This document shows, piece after piece, positions 35,604-45,735 of a stretch of DNA of 64,000 bases. How positions within the stretch are numbered: position 1 is the first letter of the stretch; the number at the start of each line of letters is the position of its first letter. The notes beneath the pieces were generated by a model. It was given only the letters and a program-made list of their open reading frames with translations. It was not told the origin of the DNA and ran no database searches. Both the position numbers and the translations under genes were made by a program. The stretch is from Burkholderiales bacterium (GTDB lineage Bacteria > Pseudomonadota > Gammaproteobacteria > Burkholderiales > CAIKXV01): the NCBI GenBank assembly GCA_038205245.1, contig JBBRCD010000003.1, forward strand, positions 5,794 to 69,793, given 5' to 3'.

Positions 35604-36137
35604 TCAGGGGCGGGCTTCGTCGAATGCGGGCAGGGCTTCCAGGCCGAACTCGTCTGGGTGATCGGTGGCCACCAATACCCAGCAGGCGATACCTCGGTCG
35701 CGCCAGGACTCGACCGCGTCATCGAGCAGTTCCACCATCGTCTCGAACGCCTCCGGGGCGGCGCCGGCCGCCGACGCCGCGCCATCGATGCGCAACATCA
35801 GACCTCCGCGCGCAGCATCGCGCGGCTCGTGCCAGGCGTTGTCGCGCAGGCACTCATCCAGGGCGTCCCAATTGCCGCCAAAATACTCAGGCAGGCCGAG
35901 CGCATCGGCGAACGCGTCCAGGACGGCCCGCTTGCTGCCAGCATGCTCCAGGTCGACCACCACGGTCAGCAGTCCGGCAGCGCCGGCAGCGGCGTACCAG
36001 CGTTCGATACCGTGGTCCGGGTCGCAGGCATAGAGTCCGGCACGCCCAGGATCGTGCAGCAGCGCGGCAAACCGGTCGCCCGAGGCGGCGCCCTCAGCGC
36101 CACCGGCGGACGGATCAAGACCGGACGGATCACTCAC
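35604..36137 (-). CDS. Barstar family ribonuclease inhibitor
   Basis: LGLPEYFGGNWDALDECLRD motif; the GTG start overlaps the end of the RNase gene. Confidence 0.88.
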   Translation of the reverse strand: MSDPSGLDPSAGGAEGAASGDRFAALLHDPGRAGLYACDPDHGIERWYAAAGAAGLLTVVVDLEHAGSKRAVLDAFADALGLPEYFGGNWDALDECLRDNAWHEPRDAARGGLMLRIDGAASAAGAAPEAFETMVELLDDAVESWRDRGIACWVLVATDHPDEFGLEALPAFDEARP

Positions 36138-36567
36138 GGACGCGCCTGAAACTGTCATAGTGATCGTCGGTGTAATAGAGCTCGCCCGCCTGACCAGCGA
36201 CGATTCGGCGTGCGCCCCGGGTACGCACGCCGGGAGTCTTCACCGTGTATTCGCGATAGTAGCCACGTGCGCGCATCGGCAACCGCTTCTCGCGATTGGC
36301 GAACACGATGCCGTCGCGATCGAAGGGAAACGGCCCACCGGCGCGGATCAGGACCAGGGTGGCACGCGCCTCCGCCGGCAGCGCAACCAGTGCCACCTCG
36401 GGCAGGCCGGCAGCATCCACGCTGCGCGTCGACGTGTCCCGAGCCTGGCCGGTAGCCGGCAGGGCCAGTGCCATGGCCAGCGCCGCCAGCACCGCCAGCA
36501 CCGTGATGGCGACGGACGCCAGCGTCACCCAGGGCGCGGGTCTGCGGCCCGGCTGCAGAAGGTCCAC
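36130..36567 (-). CDS. Secreted guanyl-specific ribonuclease (barnase/RNase Sa family)
   Basis: N-terminal hydrophobic signal; GGPFPF..DGIVFANRE..LP, YYREYTV, RGARRIV, YYTDDHY. Confidence 0.92.
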   Translation of the reverse strand: MDLLQPGRRPAPWVTLASVAITVLAVLAALAMALALPATGQARDTSTRSVDAAGLPEVALVALPAEARATLVLIRAGGPFPFDRDGIVFANREKRLPMRARGYYREYTVKTPGVRTRGARRIVAGQAGELYYTDDHYDSFRRVRE

Positions 36568-38330
36568 TACCGAACCTTGATATGCAGCTCGCGCAACTGC
36601 TGCTCGTCAACCGGCGATGGCGCCTGGGTGAGCAGGCACTGTGCGCGTTGGGTCTTGGGAAAGGCAATCACGTCACGGATCGAGTCGGCACCGGCCATCA
36701 TCGCGACGATCCGGTCAACGCCGAAGGCAATGCCGCCATGGGGTGGCGCGCCGTACTGAAGCGCGTCGAGCAGGAAGCCGAACTTCAGGCGCGCTTCCTC
36801 GCGGGTAAGGCCGATGGCCGCGAACACCTTGGACTGAACATCCTCGCGATGGATACGCACCGAGCCGCCGCCGATCTCGGAACCGTTCAGCACCATGTCA
36901 TAGGCCTTGGCCAGCGCCTTTCCCTGATCGGCTTCGAGCAGGTCCTCGTGCCCGTCCTTGGGCGCGGTGAACGGATGATGCATCGCAGTCCAGCGCTTCG
37001 AATCCTCGTCGAACTCGAACATCGGGAAGTCGACTATCCATAGCGGCGCCCATGCCCGGCCGTCGACATGCCCTTTCTCGTGCCCGACGCGCAGCCGCAA
37101 TGCGCCCATCGCGTCATTGACCACCTTGCCGCGGTCGGCACCGAAGAAGATGAGGTCACCACTCTGCGCGCCGGTGCGCTCGATGATCGCGGCGAGCGAC
37201 TGCGCGTGCAGGTTCTTCACGATGGGCGACTGCAACCCCTCTTCGTTCAGCTTCGAAGCGTCGTTGACCTTGATGTAGGCAAGACCACGCGCGCCATAGA
37301 TCTTCACGAACTCGGTGTACGCGTCGATCTCGCCGCGGGTCATCGACGCCCCGCCGGGCACACGCAACGCGGCCACCCGGCCGCCGGGCGCGGTCGCCGG
37401 GCCGGAGAACACCTTGAACGCGACATCGCGCATAACATCGGTCAGTTCGGTGAGCTCGAGCGTGACCCGCAGGTCGGGCTTGTCGCTGCCGTACCGGTGC
37501 ATCGCCTCCTGCCAGGTCATCCGCGGAAAATCAGGAAGATCGATATTCACCACTTCCTTGAACACGCTGCGGATCATTCCTTCCATGATGTCGTTGATCT
37601 CGCGCTCGGTAAGGAACGAGGTCTCGACGTCGATCTGGGTGAATTCAGGCTGGCGATCGGCGCGCAGGTCTTCGTCGCGGAAGCACTTGACGATCTGATA
37701 GTAGCGGTCGAAACCGGCCACCATCAGCAACTGCTTGAACAATTGCGGCGACTGCGGCAGCGCGAAGAACTCGCCATGATGCACGCGCGATGGCACGAGG
37801 TAATCGCGTGCACCCTCGGGAGTGGACTTGGTGAGCATCGGCGTCTCGACATCGATGAACCCCTGCGCATCGAAGTAGCGGCGCACGGCCATCGTGAACC
37901 GGTAGCGCAGCCGCAGGTTGTCCTGCATCTGCGGGCGGCGCAGATCGATCACCCGGTGCGTGAGACGGACCGTTTCGGACAGGTTTTCGTCGTCGATCTG
38001 GAATGGCGGGGTCAGCGCAGGATTGAGGACCTCGATCGACTTCGCCAACACCTCGATCTGCCCGCTGACGATGCCAGCGTTGGTCGTGCCTTGCGGGCGC
38101 CCGCGCACCCTGCCCTCGATATGCAGCACGAACTCGTTGCGGATCCGGTCTGCAGCGGCGAACGCCTCGGGCGTATCCGGGTCGATCACCACTTGCACCA
38201 GACCTTCGCGATCGCGCAGGTCGATGAAGATCACGCCGCCATGGTCGCGACGACGATGCACCCAGCCGTTCAGATGCACGGTCTGGTCGAGATGGCGTTC
38301 GGAAATCAGGCCGCAGTAGTCGGTTCGCAT
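36567..38330 (-). CDS. aspS: Aspartate--tRNA ligase
   Basis: [63 protein letters not shown]. Confidence 0.98.
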   Translation of the reverse strand: MRTDYCGLISERHLDQTVHLNGWVHRRRDHGGVIFIDLRDREGLVQVVIDPDTPEAFAAADRIRNEFVLHIEGRVRGRPQGTTNAGIVSGQIEVLAKSIEVLNPALTPPFQIDDENLSETVRLTHRVIDLRRPQMQDNLRLRYRFTMAVRRYFDAQGFIDVETPMLTKSTPEGARDYLVPSRVHHGEFFALPQSPQLFKQLLMVAGFDRYYQIVKCFRDEDLRADRQPEFTQIDVETSFLTEREINDIMEGMIRSVFKEVVNIDLPDFPRMTWQEAMHRYGSDKPDLRVTLELTELTDVMRDVAFKVFSGPATAPGGRVAALRVPGGASMTRGEIDAYTEFVKIYGARGLAYIKVNDASKLNEEGLQSPIVKNLHAQSLAAIIERTGAQSGDLIFFGADRGKVVNDAMGALRLRVGHEKGHVDGRAWAPLWIVDFPMFEFDEDSKRWTAMHHPFTAPKDGHEDLLEADQGKALAKAYDMVLNGSEIGGGSVRIHREDVQSKVFAAIGLTREEARLKFGFLLDALQYGAPPHGGIAFGVDRIVAMMAGADSIRDVIAFPKTQRAQCLLTQAPSPVDEQQLRELHIKVR

Positions 38331-38341
38331 CGATCTGTCTG

Positions 38342-38394
38342 TCAGTAAGTAAGTAAGTAAGTATTCGAACAGGTATTCGAACAAGCGTTCGAAT
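38342..38394. repeat. Short tandem repeats (AGTA)x5 and ~12-bp TTCGAAC-containing units upstream of aspS
   Basis: Read directly from the sequence. Confidence 0.7.
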
Positions 38395-38492
38395 CAGTCT
38401 TCTGGTTTCGAGGGCGCAGCAATGAAGGCGCGCGATGATGAGGTGTCAATGATGAGGTGGGACTGGCGGCCACAGCCGCTGTCGCGCGATGT

Positions 38493-39095
38493 TCAGGCGC
38501 CAGAGCGCGGCGGCACGATGCCCATCGAGATGATGTACTTGAGCGCCTCCTCGACGCTCATCTCCAGTTCGATCACCTCGCTGGCAGGCAGCAGCAGGAA
38601 ATAGCCTGCCGTCGGATTCGGCGTCAGTGGAATGAAAACGCCGACCGAATCGCTGGGCAGGTGCGCGGCCACTTCACCCCCAGGCTTGCCGGTGACGAAG
38701 CCGATCGTCCACGAACCCGGCCGCGGGAACTGCAGAAGCACCGCCTTGCGGAACGACTGTCCGTTGCTGGCGAGCAGCGAGTCGCTGACCTGCTTCACGC
38801 CATAGTAGATGGAACGCACGACCGGGATCCGGGCGAGCAGGCCTTCCCAGAACCCGATCAACCGCTGTCCGAAGTAGTTCGCAGCAATCACGCCGGTGAG
38901 GGTGACGATGGCGAGGGTGAGCAGCACGCCCATGCCGGGAATGTGGAAACCCAGCCATGACTCGGTGCGCCAGGTCTGCGGCAGCAGCGCGAGCGACTGA
39001 TCCAGCGTGCCGACCAGGAAGTCCATCACCCAGAAGGTGATGCCGATCGGAATCCAGATCAACAGGCCGGTGATGAAGTAACGGCGAAGGTTCAA
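38493..39095 (-). CDS. DUF502 family membrane protein
   Basis: RRYFITGLL, RIPVVRSIY..VKQV, PLTPNPTAG, MSVEEALKYIISMG. Confidence 0.92.
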   Translation of the reverse strand: MNLRRYFITGLLIWIPIGITFWVMDFLVGTLDQSLALLPQTWRTESWLGFHIPGMGVLLTLAIVTLTGVIAANYFGQRLIGFWEGLLARIPVVRSIYYGVKQVSDSLLASNGQSFRKAVLLQFPRPGSWTIGFVTGKPGGEVAAHLPSDSVGVFIPLTPNPTAGYFLLLPASEVIELEMSVEEALKYIISMGIVPPRSGA

Positions 39096-39130
39096 GGGCG
39101 GTCACTCAGTGTCGACAGTCAGCACACCGC

Positions 39131-39607
39131 TCACTGCCCAGGCGGCTTGCTGCCGGCGGTCGACGCCGCTGCCGGCACCGCCGACGAGGGTTTGCTGCTG
39201 GCAGCGTCGGTCGCTTTGCTCTTGGCGGCCGCCCCCGCCGAATCGGACTTGGTGTCGGAACCGGCGTTGGTCCTGGACGTCGAGTCAGCAGACGTCGAGT
39301 CAGTGGATGTCGACCCAGTCGACTTCGAGTCAGAGGACTTCGAGTCAGAAGACGTCGATTCAGCGGACGTGGATTCAGACCCGGCACCGGACTTCGAATC
39401 GGACTTGGACTCCGGCTTCTTGCCGCCGTCGCGAAAGTCGGTGACATACCAGCCCGAGCCCTTGAGCTGGAAACCAGCCGCGGTCACCTGCTTCTCGAGG
39501 CTTGGCTTACCGCAGGACGGGCAGTCTGTAAGGAGCGCCTCGCTCACCTTCTGCAGGGCCTCGTGCTCGAAGCCGCAGGCGGCGCATCGATAAGCGTAAA
39601 TCGGCAT
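39131..39607 (-). CDS. FmdB family zinc-ribbon protein
   Basis: MPIYAYRCAACG..CPSCG..FQLKGSGWYVTDF followed by a Ser/Thr/Asp/Lys low-complexity tail. Confidence 0.92.
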   Translation of the reverse strand: MPIYAYRCAACGFEHEALQKVSEALLTDCPSCGKPSLEKQVTAAGFQLKGSGWYVTDFRDGGKKPESKSDSKSGAGSESTSAESTSSDSKSSDSKSTGSTSTDSTSADSTSRTNAGSDTKSDSAGAAAKSKATDAASSKPSSAVPAAASTAGSKPPGQ

Positions 39608-39714
39608 TGCGCACTCCGAAGACAAAAATGGAACGGAAACGAAGAATTGAAAAAACCCAAGCGAATCAATTATACCGTGCGCACCGGCAGAAACCGTGCC
39701 ATGAATCATGGTGG

Positions 39715-39779
39715 CGTTGCGACAGACGTTGCGACAGACGTTGCAACAGACGTTGCAACAGGCGTTGCGGCAGGCGTTG
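39715..39779. repeat. 12-bp tandem repeat CGTTGCRACAGR, about 5 copies
   Basis: Read directly; lies in the divergent intergenic region between the FmdB and YvlD-like genes. Confidence 0.8.
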
Positions 39780-39860
39780 AACCAGGCGGCGCGCTCGAGG
39801 CTCGACAGCCCAGCACACCGGCTCGTGTATCCTCGGTCGATTGTCCTGGATGACTGCACG

Positions 39861-40202
39861 ATGAAACTCCTGGTGCGCTGGCTGATCAACGCAATCGGGC
39901 TGTGGGTGGCCACCGAGATCGTGCCCGGCGTCGATGTGACCGGCTGGCAGCCGCTGCTGGTCGCGGCGCTGTTGCTCGGGCTGGTGAACGCGGTCATCCG
40001 CCCGGTGCTGGTGTTACTGACCCTGCCCGTCACCCTGCTCACCCTGGGCCTGTTCCTGGTGGTGATCAATGCCGGCATGCTGTTGCTGGTCGCCTGGCTG
40101 GTACCCGGGTTCTCGATCGCCAACCTGTTCTGGGCTGGCGTTCTGGCCGCGCTGTGGATGTCACTGTTCGGGCTGCTCACCCAGGCCGCGCTGAAGACAT
40201 GA
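39861..40202 (+). CDS. YvlD/4TM 'phage holin family' membrane protein
   Basis: LLGLVNAVIRPVL.LLTLP.TLLTLGLFL.VINA. Confidence 0.9.
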   Translation: MKLLVRWLINAIGLWVATEIVPGVDVTGWQPLLVAALLLGLVNAVIRPVLVLLTLPVTLLTLGLFLVVINAGMLLLVAWLVPGFSIANLFWAGVLAALWMSLFGLLTQAALKT

Positions 40203-41167
40203 GCGCTGATATGGAACCTGCCGATATGCCGAAAAAACCCTCACCCCCCGCCGTCGATGGTGAGGATCACCTTGGCACGATGCTCGCCCGCGCCGCTGCA
40301 GCCGCGCCGGTTGCCACTGCAGTGGCCTGGCCACTGTCGGCAGACGCCCTGGGCGGGCCGCTGGACGCCGCCGCCCAGCGGCTGATCGACCCGGTGCTGA
40401 TCGGACCCGCCAAAGAGATCCGGGCACTTGCCGAACGCGAGCGGCTCGATCTGGGCCGCCATCGCCTGATCGAGGCCGCCGATGCAGGGCAGGCGGCCCT
40501 GATCGCCGCGCATCTGGCCCGCGACGGCAAGGTAGGCGCGATCATGAAGGGCAGCCTGCATACCGACGAGTTGATGGCGGCAGTGGTGGCCCGGGAGTCC
40601 GGGCTGCGCACCACGCGCCGTATCAGTCATGCGTTCGTGATGGGCGTACCCGGCCATCCACGCCTGTTGATCATCACCGACGCGGCGGTGAACATCGCAC
40701 CAGACCTGGATGCCAAGCGGGATATCGTGCAAAACGCCATCGACCTGGCGCGCGCTCTCGGCATCGCGCAGCCGAAAGTCGCGCTGCTGGCGGCAGTCGA
40801 GACCGTGAACTCGAAGATGCCGGCCACCATCGATGCGGCGGCGCTATGCAAGATGGCCGATCGTGGGCAGATCGAAGGTGGCGTGCTGGACGGTCCATTG
40901 GCTTTCGACAATGCGATGTCTGCAGAGGCGGCGCGAGTCAAGGGCATCGTTTCACCGGTGGCCGGTTCTCCCGACATCCTGGTCGCGCCCGACATCGAAG
41001 CGGGCAACATGCTCTACAAGCAACTGGTTTTCTTCACCGCTGCGTTTGCCGCCGGCATCGTGCTGGGCGCGAAGGTGCCGGTGATCCTGACCAGCCGCGC
41101 CGACAACAGGACATCGCGAATCGCCTCCTGCGCGGTCGCGCAGCTGATGGCGCGCGCTCACCCTTAG
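40199..41167 (+). CDS. Phosphate acetyl/butyryltransferase
   Basis: MKGSLHTDELM, RRISH, ITDAAVNIAP, DGPLAFDNA, PDIEAGN, LTSRAD. Confidence 0.9.
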   Translation: MSADMEPADMPKKPSPPAVDGEDHLGTMLARAAAAAPVATAVAWPLSADALGGPLDAAAQRLIDPVLIGPAKEIRALAERERLDLGRHRLIEAADAGQAALIAAHLARDGKVGAIMKGSLHTDELMAAVVARESGLRTTRRISHAFVMGVPGHPRLLIITDAAVNIAPDLDAKRDIVQNAIDLARALGIAQPKVALLAAVETVNSKMPATIDAAALCKMADRGQIEGGVLDGPLAFDNAMSAEAARVKGIVSPVAGSPDILVAPDIEAGNMLYKQLVFFTAAFAAGIVLGAKVPVILTSRADNRTSRIASCAVAQLMARAHP

Positions 41168-41182
41168 CATGATCTGTCCCCG

Positions 41183-42388
41183 ATGAAGGATGCCGTCCTG
41201 ACCTTCAACGCCGGGTCATCCAGCCTCAAGTTCGCGCTGTTCACCTGCGGCGCGAGCGGGTTGTCGCCGCTGTTCCGCGGGCAGATCGAGGCCCTGAACC
41301 AGGACCCGCACCTCGCCGTACGCGACGCGCAGGGCAGGCTGGTCGCCGACGAGCTGGTCGCCCATGAGGGGGACGTGGAACTGTCGAACACTGCGGCGCT
41401 GGACCATCTGCTGCGCTGGATCGACCGCCATGACGACGCTCTGCGACTGCTTGCCGCCGGCCACCGGGTGGTGCACGGGGGACGCGACCTGCGATTGCCG
41501 CGCCTGATCGATGCCGGGCTGCTGAAACAGATCGAGGCGCTCTCGGTGCTGGCTCCGCTGCACCAGCCGCTCAACATCGCGCCGATCCGGGCGCTGAGCG
41601 CACTGCGCCCTCATCTGCCCCAGGTCGCCTGCTTCGACACCGCGTTCCACGCCACCATGCCTGAGGTCGAGTGCCTGCTGCCGCTGCCGATTGCAATGCG
41701 CGATCTGGGCCTGCGCCGTTACGGGTTTCACGGCCTGTCCTATGCTTACATCGCCTGCCGGTTGCCGGAACTTCTGGGCGCGCAGGCCGACGGTCGGGTG
41801 ATCGTCGCCCATCTGGGCAACGGCGCCTCGATGTGCGCCATGCGCGAGCGGCGCAGTGTCGCCACCACGATGGGCTTCTCCACCCTGGATGGACTGATGA
41901 TGGGCACGCGCTGCGGCACGCTCGATCCGGGCGCGATGCTGCACCTGATCCAGCATTGCGGTTACCCACCGGCGCAACTGGAGCATGAGCTGTACCGGCA
42001 GTCCGGGCTGCTCGGCGTGTCCGGCATCTCCAACGATATGCGCACCCTGCTCGCCTCGAGCGCGCCCGCCGCGGCGCAGGCGGTTGATCTGTACTGCTAC
42101 CGGATCGTGCGCGAACTGGGCGCGCTGGCAACCGCGCTGGGTGGTCTGGATGCGATCGTGTTCACCGCCGGGATCGGCGAGAACTCCCCGCTGCTGCGCG
42201 AACGGGTGCTGCGCGCGGTGCAGTGGCTCGGGGTGGATCTGGACGCTGACGCAAACGCCGCGCAGGGGCCGCGACTGAGCACGGCAACCAGCCGCGTCTC
42301 AGCGTGGGCGATTCCGACCAATGAAGAACGGGTCGTTGCCGAGGCCACGCTTGCCTGCCTTGCGCAGAGCCGGACTGGCGCGACGTGA
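41183..42388 (+). CDS. ackA: Acetate/propionate kinase
   Basis: NAGSSSLK, GHRVVHGG, APLH, FDTAFH, RRYGFHG, HLGNGAS, GTRCG, PTNEE. Confidence 0.92.
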   Translation: MKDAVLTFNAGSSSLKFALFTCGASGLSPLFRGQIEALNQDPHLAVRDAQGRLVADELVAHEGDVELSNTAALDHLLRWIDRHDDALRLLAAGHRVVHGGRDLRLPRLIDAGLLKQIEALSVLAPLHQPLNIAPIRALSALRPHLPQVACFDTAFHATMPEVECLLPLPIAMRDLGLRRYGFHGLSYAYIACRLPELLGAQADGRVIVAHLGNGASMCAMRERRSVATTMGFSTLDGLMMGTRCGTLDPGAMLHLIQHCGYPPAQLEHELYRQSGLLGVSGISNDMRTLLASSAPAAAQAVDLYCYRIVRELGALATALGGLDAIVFTAGIGENSPLLRERVLRAVQWLGVDLDADANAAQGPRLSTATSRVSAWAIPTNEERVVAEATLACLAQSRTGAT

Positions 42389-42399
42389 GCTGCCGTAAT

Positions 42400-42477
42400 C
42401 CGCCCGCCCGACCCGCCCGACCGACCCGCCCGACCGACCCGCCCGTCCGACCCGCCAGATCAGACCCGCCAGATCAG
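42400..42477. repeat. 13-bp degenerate tandem repeat GACCCGCC(C/A)GA(C/T)C(A), about 5 copies
   Basis: Read directly, downstream of ackA. Confidence 0.75.
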
Positions 42478-42551
42478 TTGCCTTGCCCGCGCCCGCGCAC
42501 TACGCTGCACATCATTGACCACGCACCACACTACATACGGAGTCGCGCCAG

Positions 42552-43832
42552 ATGACCTCACCCCATCAGCTCACCGCCATCGAGGCCGGCCGGCAGATCG
42601 ATGCCGGCACGCTCACCTCCGAGGCACTCGCCCGCGACTGCCTGGAACGGATCGCCGAACGCGAACCCTCGATCGACGCCTGGCACCATCTGGCGGTGGA
42701 CGCCGCCCTGGCCCGTGCGCGCGAGCTTGATCGCGGACCGCGGCGCGGACCACTGCACGGCATCCCGTTCGGGGCAAAGGACATCATCGACACCTTCGAC
42801 ATGCCGACCGAGTACGGCTCCCCGATCTACAAGGGCAACCAGACTGCGAACGACGCCGCCTGCGTCGCCCTGATGCGCGAAGCCGGCGGCAATCTGTTCG
42901 GCAAGACGGTGACCACCGAGTTTGCCAACATGTTCCCGGGCAAGACGAAGAACCCGCATGATCCGCAGCGCACGCCCGGTGGGTCGTCCAGCGGATCGGC
43001 CGCCGCGGTAGGCGCGCAGATGGTGCCGCTCGCGCTCGGCACCCAGACCACCGCATCGACGATACGTCCCGCCGCCTTCTGTGGCGTGGTCGGCTACCGG
43101 CCGAGCTGGGGTGACCTCAGACTGTCCGGCGTGCGCGAGGCGGCCGGCTCGCTCGACACGCTCGGATTGATGGCGCGTTCGATCGAGGATATCTCGCTGC
43201 TGCGCGACGTGCTGCTAGGGCGCACCTGGGAGCCGCTGGAGGGCGAACCGCGGGTGCCGCGCATCGGCTTCTGCCGCACTGCCCTGTGGCCGCAGATCGA
43301 GCCGGCCGCGGCCGTCTTGCTCGAGGATGCAGCCCGCCACCTCGCCGCCGCGGGTGCCGTGGTGGAGGACGTCGACCTGCCGCCCGGGTTCGGCCAAATA
43401 CTCGATGCCCACCGCTGGGTGTCGAGCTTCGAGTTCAGCCGCAACTTCCGCCACGAAGTGGTCAACCACTGGGAGCTGATCAGCCAGACCCTGCGCGACG
43501 GACGGCTCAAGGACGGCCTCGGCTGCACCTGGGAGCGCTATGTCGAGGCGCGCAGCTTCCTCGACACCTGTCGCGGGCAGCTCACCGGCGTGTTCGCCGA
43601 CTACGACCTGCTGCTGACTTCACCCTGCAACGGCGAGGCACCGATCGGCATCCAGACGACCGGCAATCCCTATTTCTCGGCGATCTGGACTGCGCTGCAT
43701 GTGCCCTGCCTTACCGTACCCGCGTTTACCGGCCCTAATGGCATGCCGATCGGCGCGCAGCTCATCGGCCGCCCCCGTCACGACCGGCAGCTGCTCGATG
43801 CGGCGCGCTGGGTGTGGCGGTCAATCGGGTGA
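42552..43832 (+). CDS. Amidase signature family enzyme
   Basis: GPLHGIP..KD, GKTVTTE, TPGGSSSGSAAAV, GTQT..S.IRPA.FCG. Confidence 0.93.
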   Translation: MTSPHQLTAIEAGRQIDAGTLTSEALARDCLERIAEREPSIDAWHHLAVDAALARARELDRGPRRGPLHGIPFGAKDIIDTFDMPTEYGSPIYKGNQTANDAACVALMREAGGNLFGKTVTTEFANMFPGKTKNPHDPQRTPGGSSSGSAAAVGAQMVPLALGTQTTASTIRPAAFCGVVGYRPSWGDLRLSGVREAAGSLDTLGLMARSIEDISLLRDVLLGRTWEPLEGEPRVPRIGFCRTALWPQIEPAAAVLLEDAARHLAAAGAVVEDVDLPPGFGQILDAHRWVSSFEFSRNFRHEVVNHWELISQTLRDGRLKDGLGCTWERYVEARSFLDTCRGQLTGVFADYDLLLTSPCNGEAPIGIQTTGNPYFSAIWTALHVPCLTVPAFTGPNGMPIGAQLIGRPRHDRQLLDAARWVWRSIG

Positions 43833-43840
43833 GCAGGGCA

Positions 43841-43894
43841 GAAAGGGGACAGAGCCGGCGAAAAGGAAAGGGGACAGACGCTCAGGGTCTGTCC
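43841..43894. repeat. REP-like half copy plus degenerate palindrome GGGGACAGACGCTCAGGGTCTGTCC
   Basis: GAAAGGGGACAGA repeated at 43841 and 43866; palindrome at 43870-43894. Confidence 0.8.
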
Positions 43895-44250
43895 GCATTG
43901 ATCGACGCGGTCGACACGTTGCTCACCAGCACGGTGTAGCCGTCCGGCGGGGCACGGGCCACGATCTCCAGCGCGATGTTGCCGGCTGCCCCGGAACGGT
44001 TTACCACCACGGTCGGCTGGCCGCGCGCCTCGGCCAGCGGGGCCGACTACAACGGCGCGACGATATCGGTGCCTCCGCCTGGCGCGAAGGGCACGACCAG
44101 ACGGATCGGCCGCTGCGGCCAGTCTCGCGCCGCCGCCTCGCGGGCCTGGGCATGGACGCTGGAAGCCGCTGTGTTCAGCAGCGCGCACCCCGCCAGCGCG
44201 ACGATGGTGATTGCGGCACCGCCGCGGCGGCGCGCGGCCGACCGTGCGCC
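43882..44250 (-). pseudogene. Truncated Bug/TctC pseudogene
   Basis: Signal peptide + WPQRPIRLVVPFAPGGGTDIVAPL, in-frame TAG (44047-44049), then NRSGAAGNIA..PPDGYTVL. It ends inside the REP-like palindrome; roughly the C-terminal two-thirds is missing. Confidence 0.85.
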
Positions 44251-44507
44251 ATCCCGGCGCAGGGAGGAACCATCGTATCTCCTCGCGTGCAAGTCGCGAC
44301 GAGCGCCCTTCTTCGAGGACGCTGTCGTGGCAACCGAGCCACGTCTTTGTCCGCAATGCGGCCAGGCGTCAACCGGGCTTGCCACGCCAATGCGCCCCCA
44401 ACACCCCCCTCACTGCGCCACCCAACTGCGCGAGCCGACTGCACAAGCGAACTGCGCAAGCGAACTGCGACACGAATGATAGAATCGCGTCTGACGGAGG
44501 ATGGACA

Positions 44508-45665
44508 ATGAACTTCGAACTGTCTGGGGATCAACGGCTTTTCCAGGACGCGGTGCGTGGCTTCGCCGAGCGCCACCTGCGGGCTGACTCCCTGAAGCGC
44601 GCCCACGCGGCAGAACACCCGTTCGATGTCGGCCGGCTGATGGCCGAGCAGGGTCTGCTCGGAATCACCATTCCGGAGGCCGATGGCGGCCAGGGCGGCA
44701 CGCTGCTCGATGCGGTCATCGCCATCCAGGAAGTCGCCAAGGTCTGCCCGCGCAGCGCTGACGTGATCCAGGCCGGCAACTTTGGCGGCATCCGGGTGTT
44801 CGCCGAGTACGGCACGCCGGCGCAGAAAGAGAAGTACCTCAAGCCGTTGCTCGCCGGCGCCAAGCTGCTCTGCCTGGGCATGACCGAGCCCGAGGCCGGC
44901 TCTGCGGTGACCGATCTGAAGACCGCGGCCACCCCGGACGGCGCCGGCTACCGTATCAATGGCACCAAGGTGTTCAACACCCACAGCCCTTATGCGGACA
45001 TCTACCTGGTGTATGTACGATACGGGCCGGGCGTGAACGGCATCGGCTCGGTGCTGATCGATCGCGGTGCGGAAGGCTTTCGTATCGGCAAGACCTCGAA
45101 GTTCCTGTCCGGTGAGGAATGGGCGCAGCTCTACTTCGAGAACGTTCACGTCCCGCCGGAAGACGTATTGCTGAAGGAAGGTGGCTTCAAGAAACAGATC
45201 GCTGGCTTCAATGTCGAACGCATGGGCAACTGTGCGCGTTCGCTCGCCTACGGCCAGCTCGCGTTCGAGACCGCGCGGCAGTGGGCGATCGACCGCAAGC
45301 AGTTCGGCCGTCCGCTGTGCGAGTTCCAGGGCCTGCAGTGGCAGTTCGCCGAGATCAAGATGCGCCTGGAAGCGGCCCAGCTCCTTCTCTACCGGGCGGC
45401 CCTGTCCGGCGAAAACGGCATTCCGACCCAGATGGATACCGCCATCGCCAAGCACACCTGCAATCAGGTCGGCTTCGATGCCTGCAACTTCGCCATGCAG
45501 GTGATGGGTGGCATGGGCTACAGCGATGAGTCGCTGATCGAGTACATGTTCCGCAAGACCCGCGGCTGGATGATCGCTGGCGGCTCGATGGAGATCCTCA
45601 AACAGCGAATCGCCGAAGGTGTGTTCGGGCGCAGCTTCGACCAGCGTCCGCCGAAGGTCGGCTAG
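44508..45665 (+). CDS. Acyl-CoA dehydrogenase
   Basis: GGAGG RBS; MTEPEAGS, INGTKVF, RKQFGRPL..FQ, QVMGGMGY. Confidence 0.93.
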   Translation: MNFELSGDQRLFQDAVRGFAERHLRADSLKRAHAAEHPFDVGRLMAEQGLLGITIPEADGGQGGTLLDAVIAIQEVAKVCPRSADVIQAGNFGGIRVFAEYGTPAQKEKYLKPLLAGAKLLCLGMTEPEAGSAVTDLKTAATPDGAGYRINGTKVFNTHSPYADIYLVYVRYGPGVNGIGSVLIDRGAEGFRIGKTSKFLSGEEWAQLYFENVHVPPEDVLLKEGGFKKQIAGFNVERMGNCARSLAYGQLAFETARQWAIDRKQFGRPLCEFQGLQWQFAEIKMRLEAAQLLLYRAALSGENGIPTQMDTAIAKHTCNQVGFDACNFAMQVMGGMGYSDESLIEYMFRKTRGWMIAGGSMEILKQRIAEGVFGRSFDQRPPKVG

Positions 45666-45735
45666 CCATCGTCGTCACCGCACCAACACCGATGGCGCAG
45701 GCCGATGCTTCGCCATCGGTCGCGCCCGATAAGCC

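Noticed and set aside
39608-40180. N-terminal extension of the FmdB ORF with CRNVCCNV repeats (metal-binding?)
   Set aside because: It is the translation of the intergenic 12-bp tandem repeat and the antisense of the YvlD-like gene; the real start is MPIYAY at 39607.
39861-40202. Holin as evidence of a prophage
   Set aside because: YvlD-type membrane proteins are common chromosomal genes; no phage genes lie nearby.
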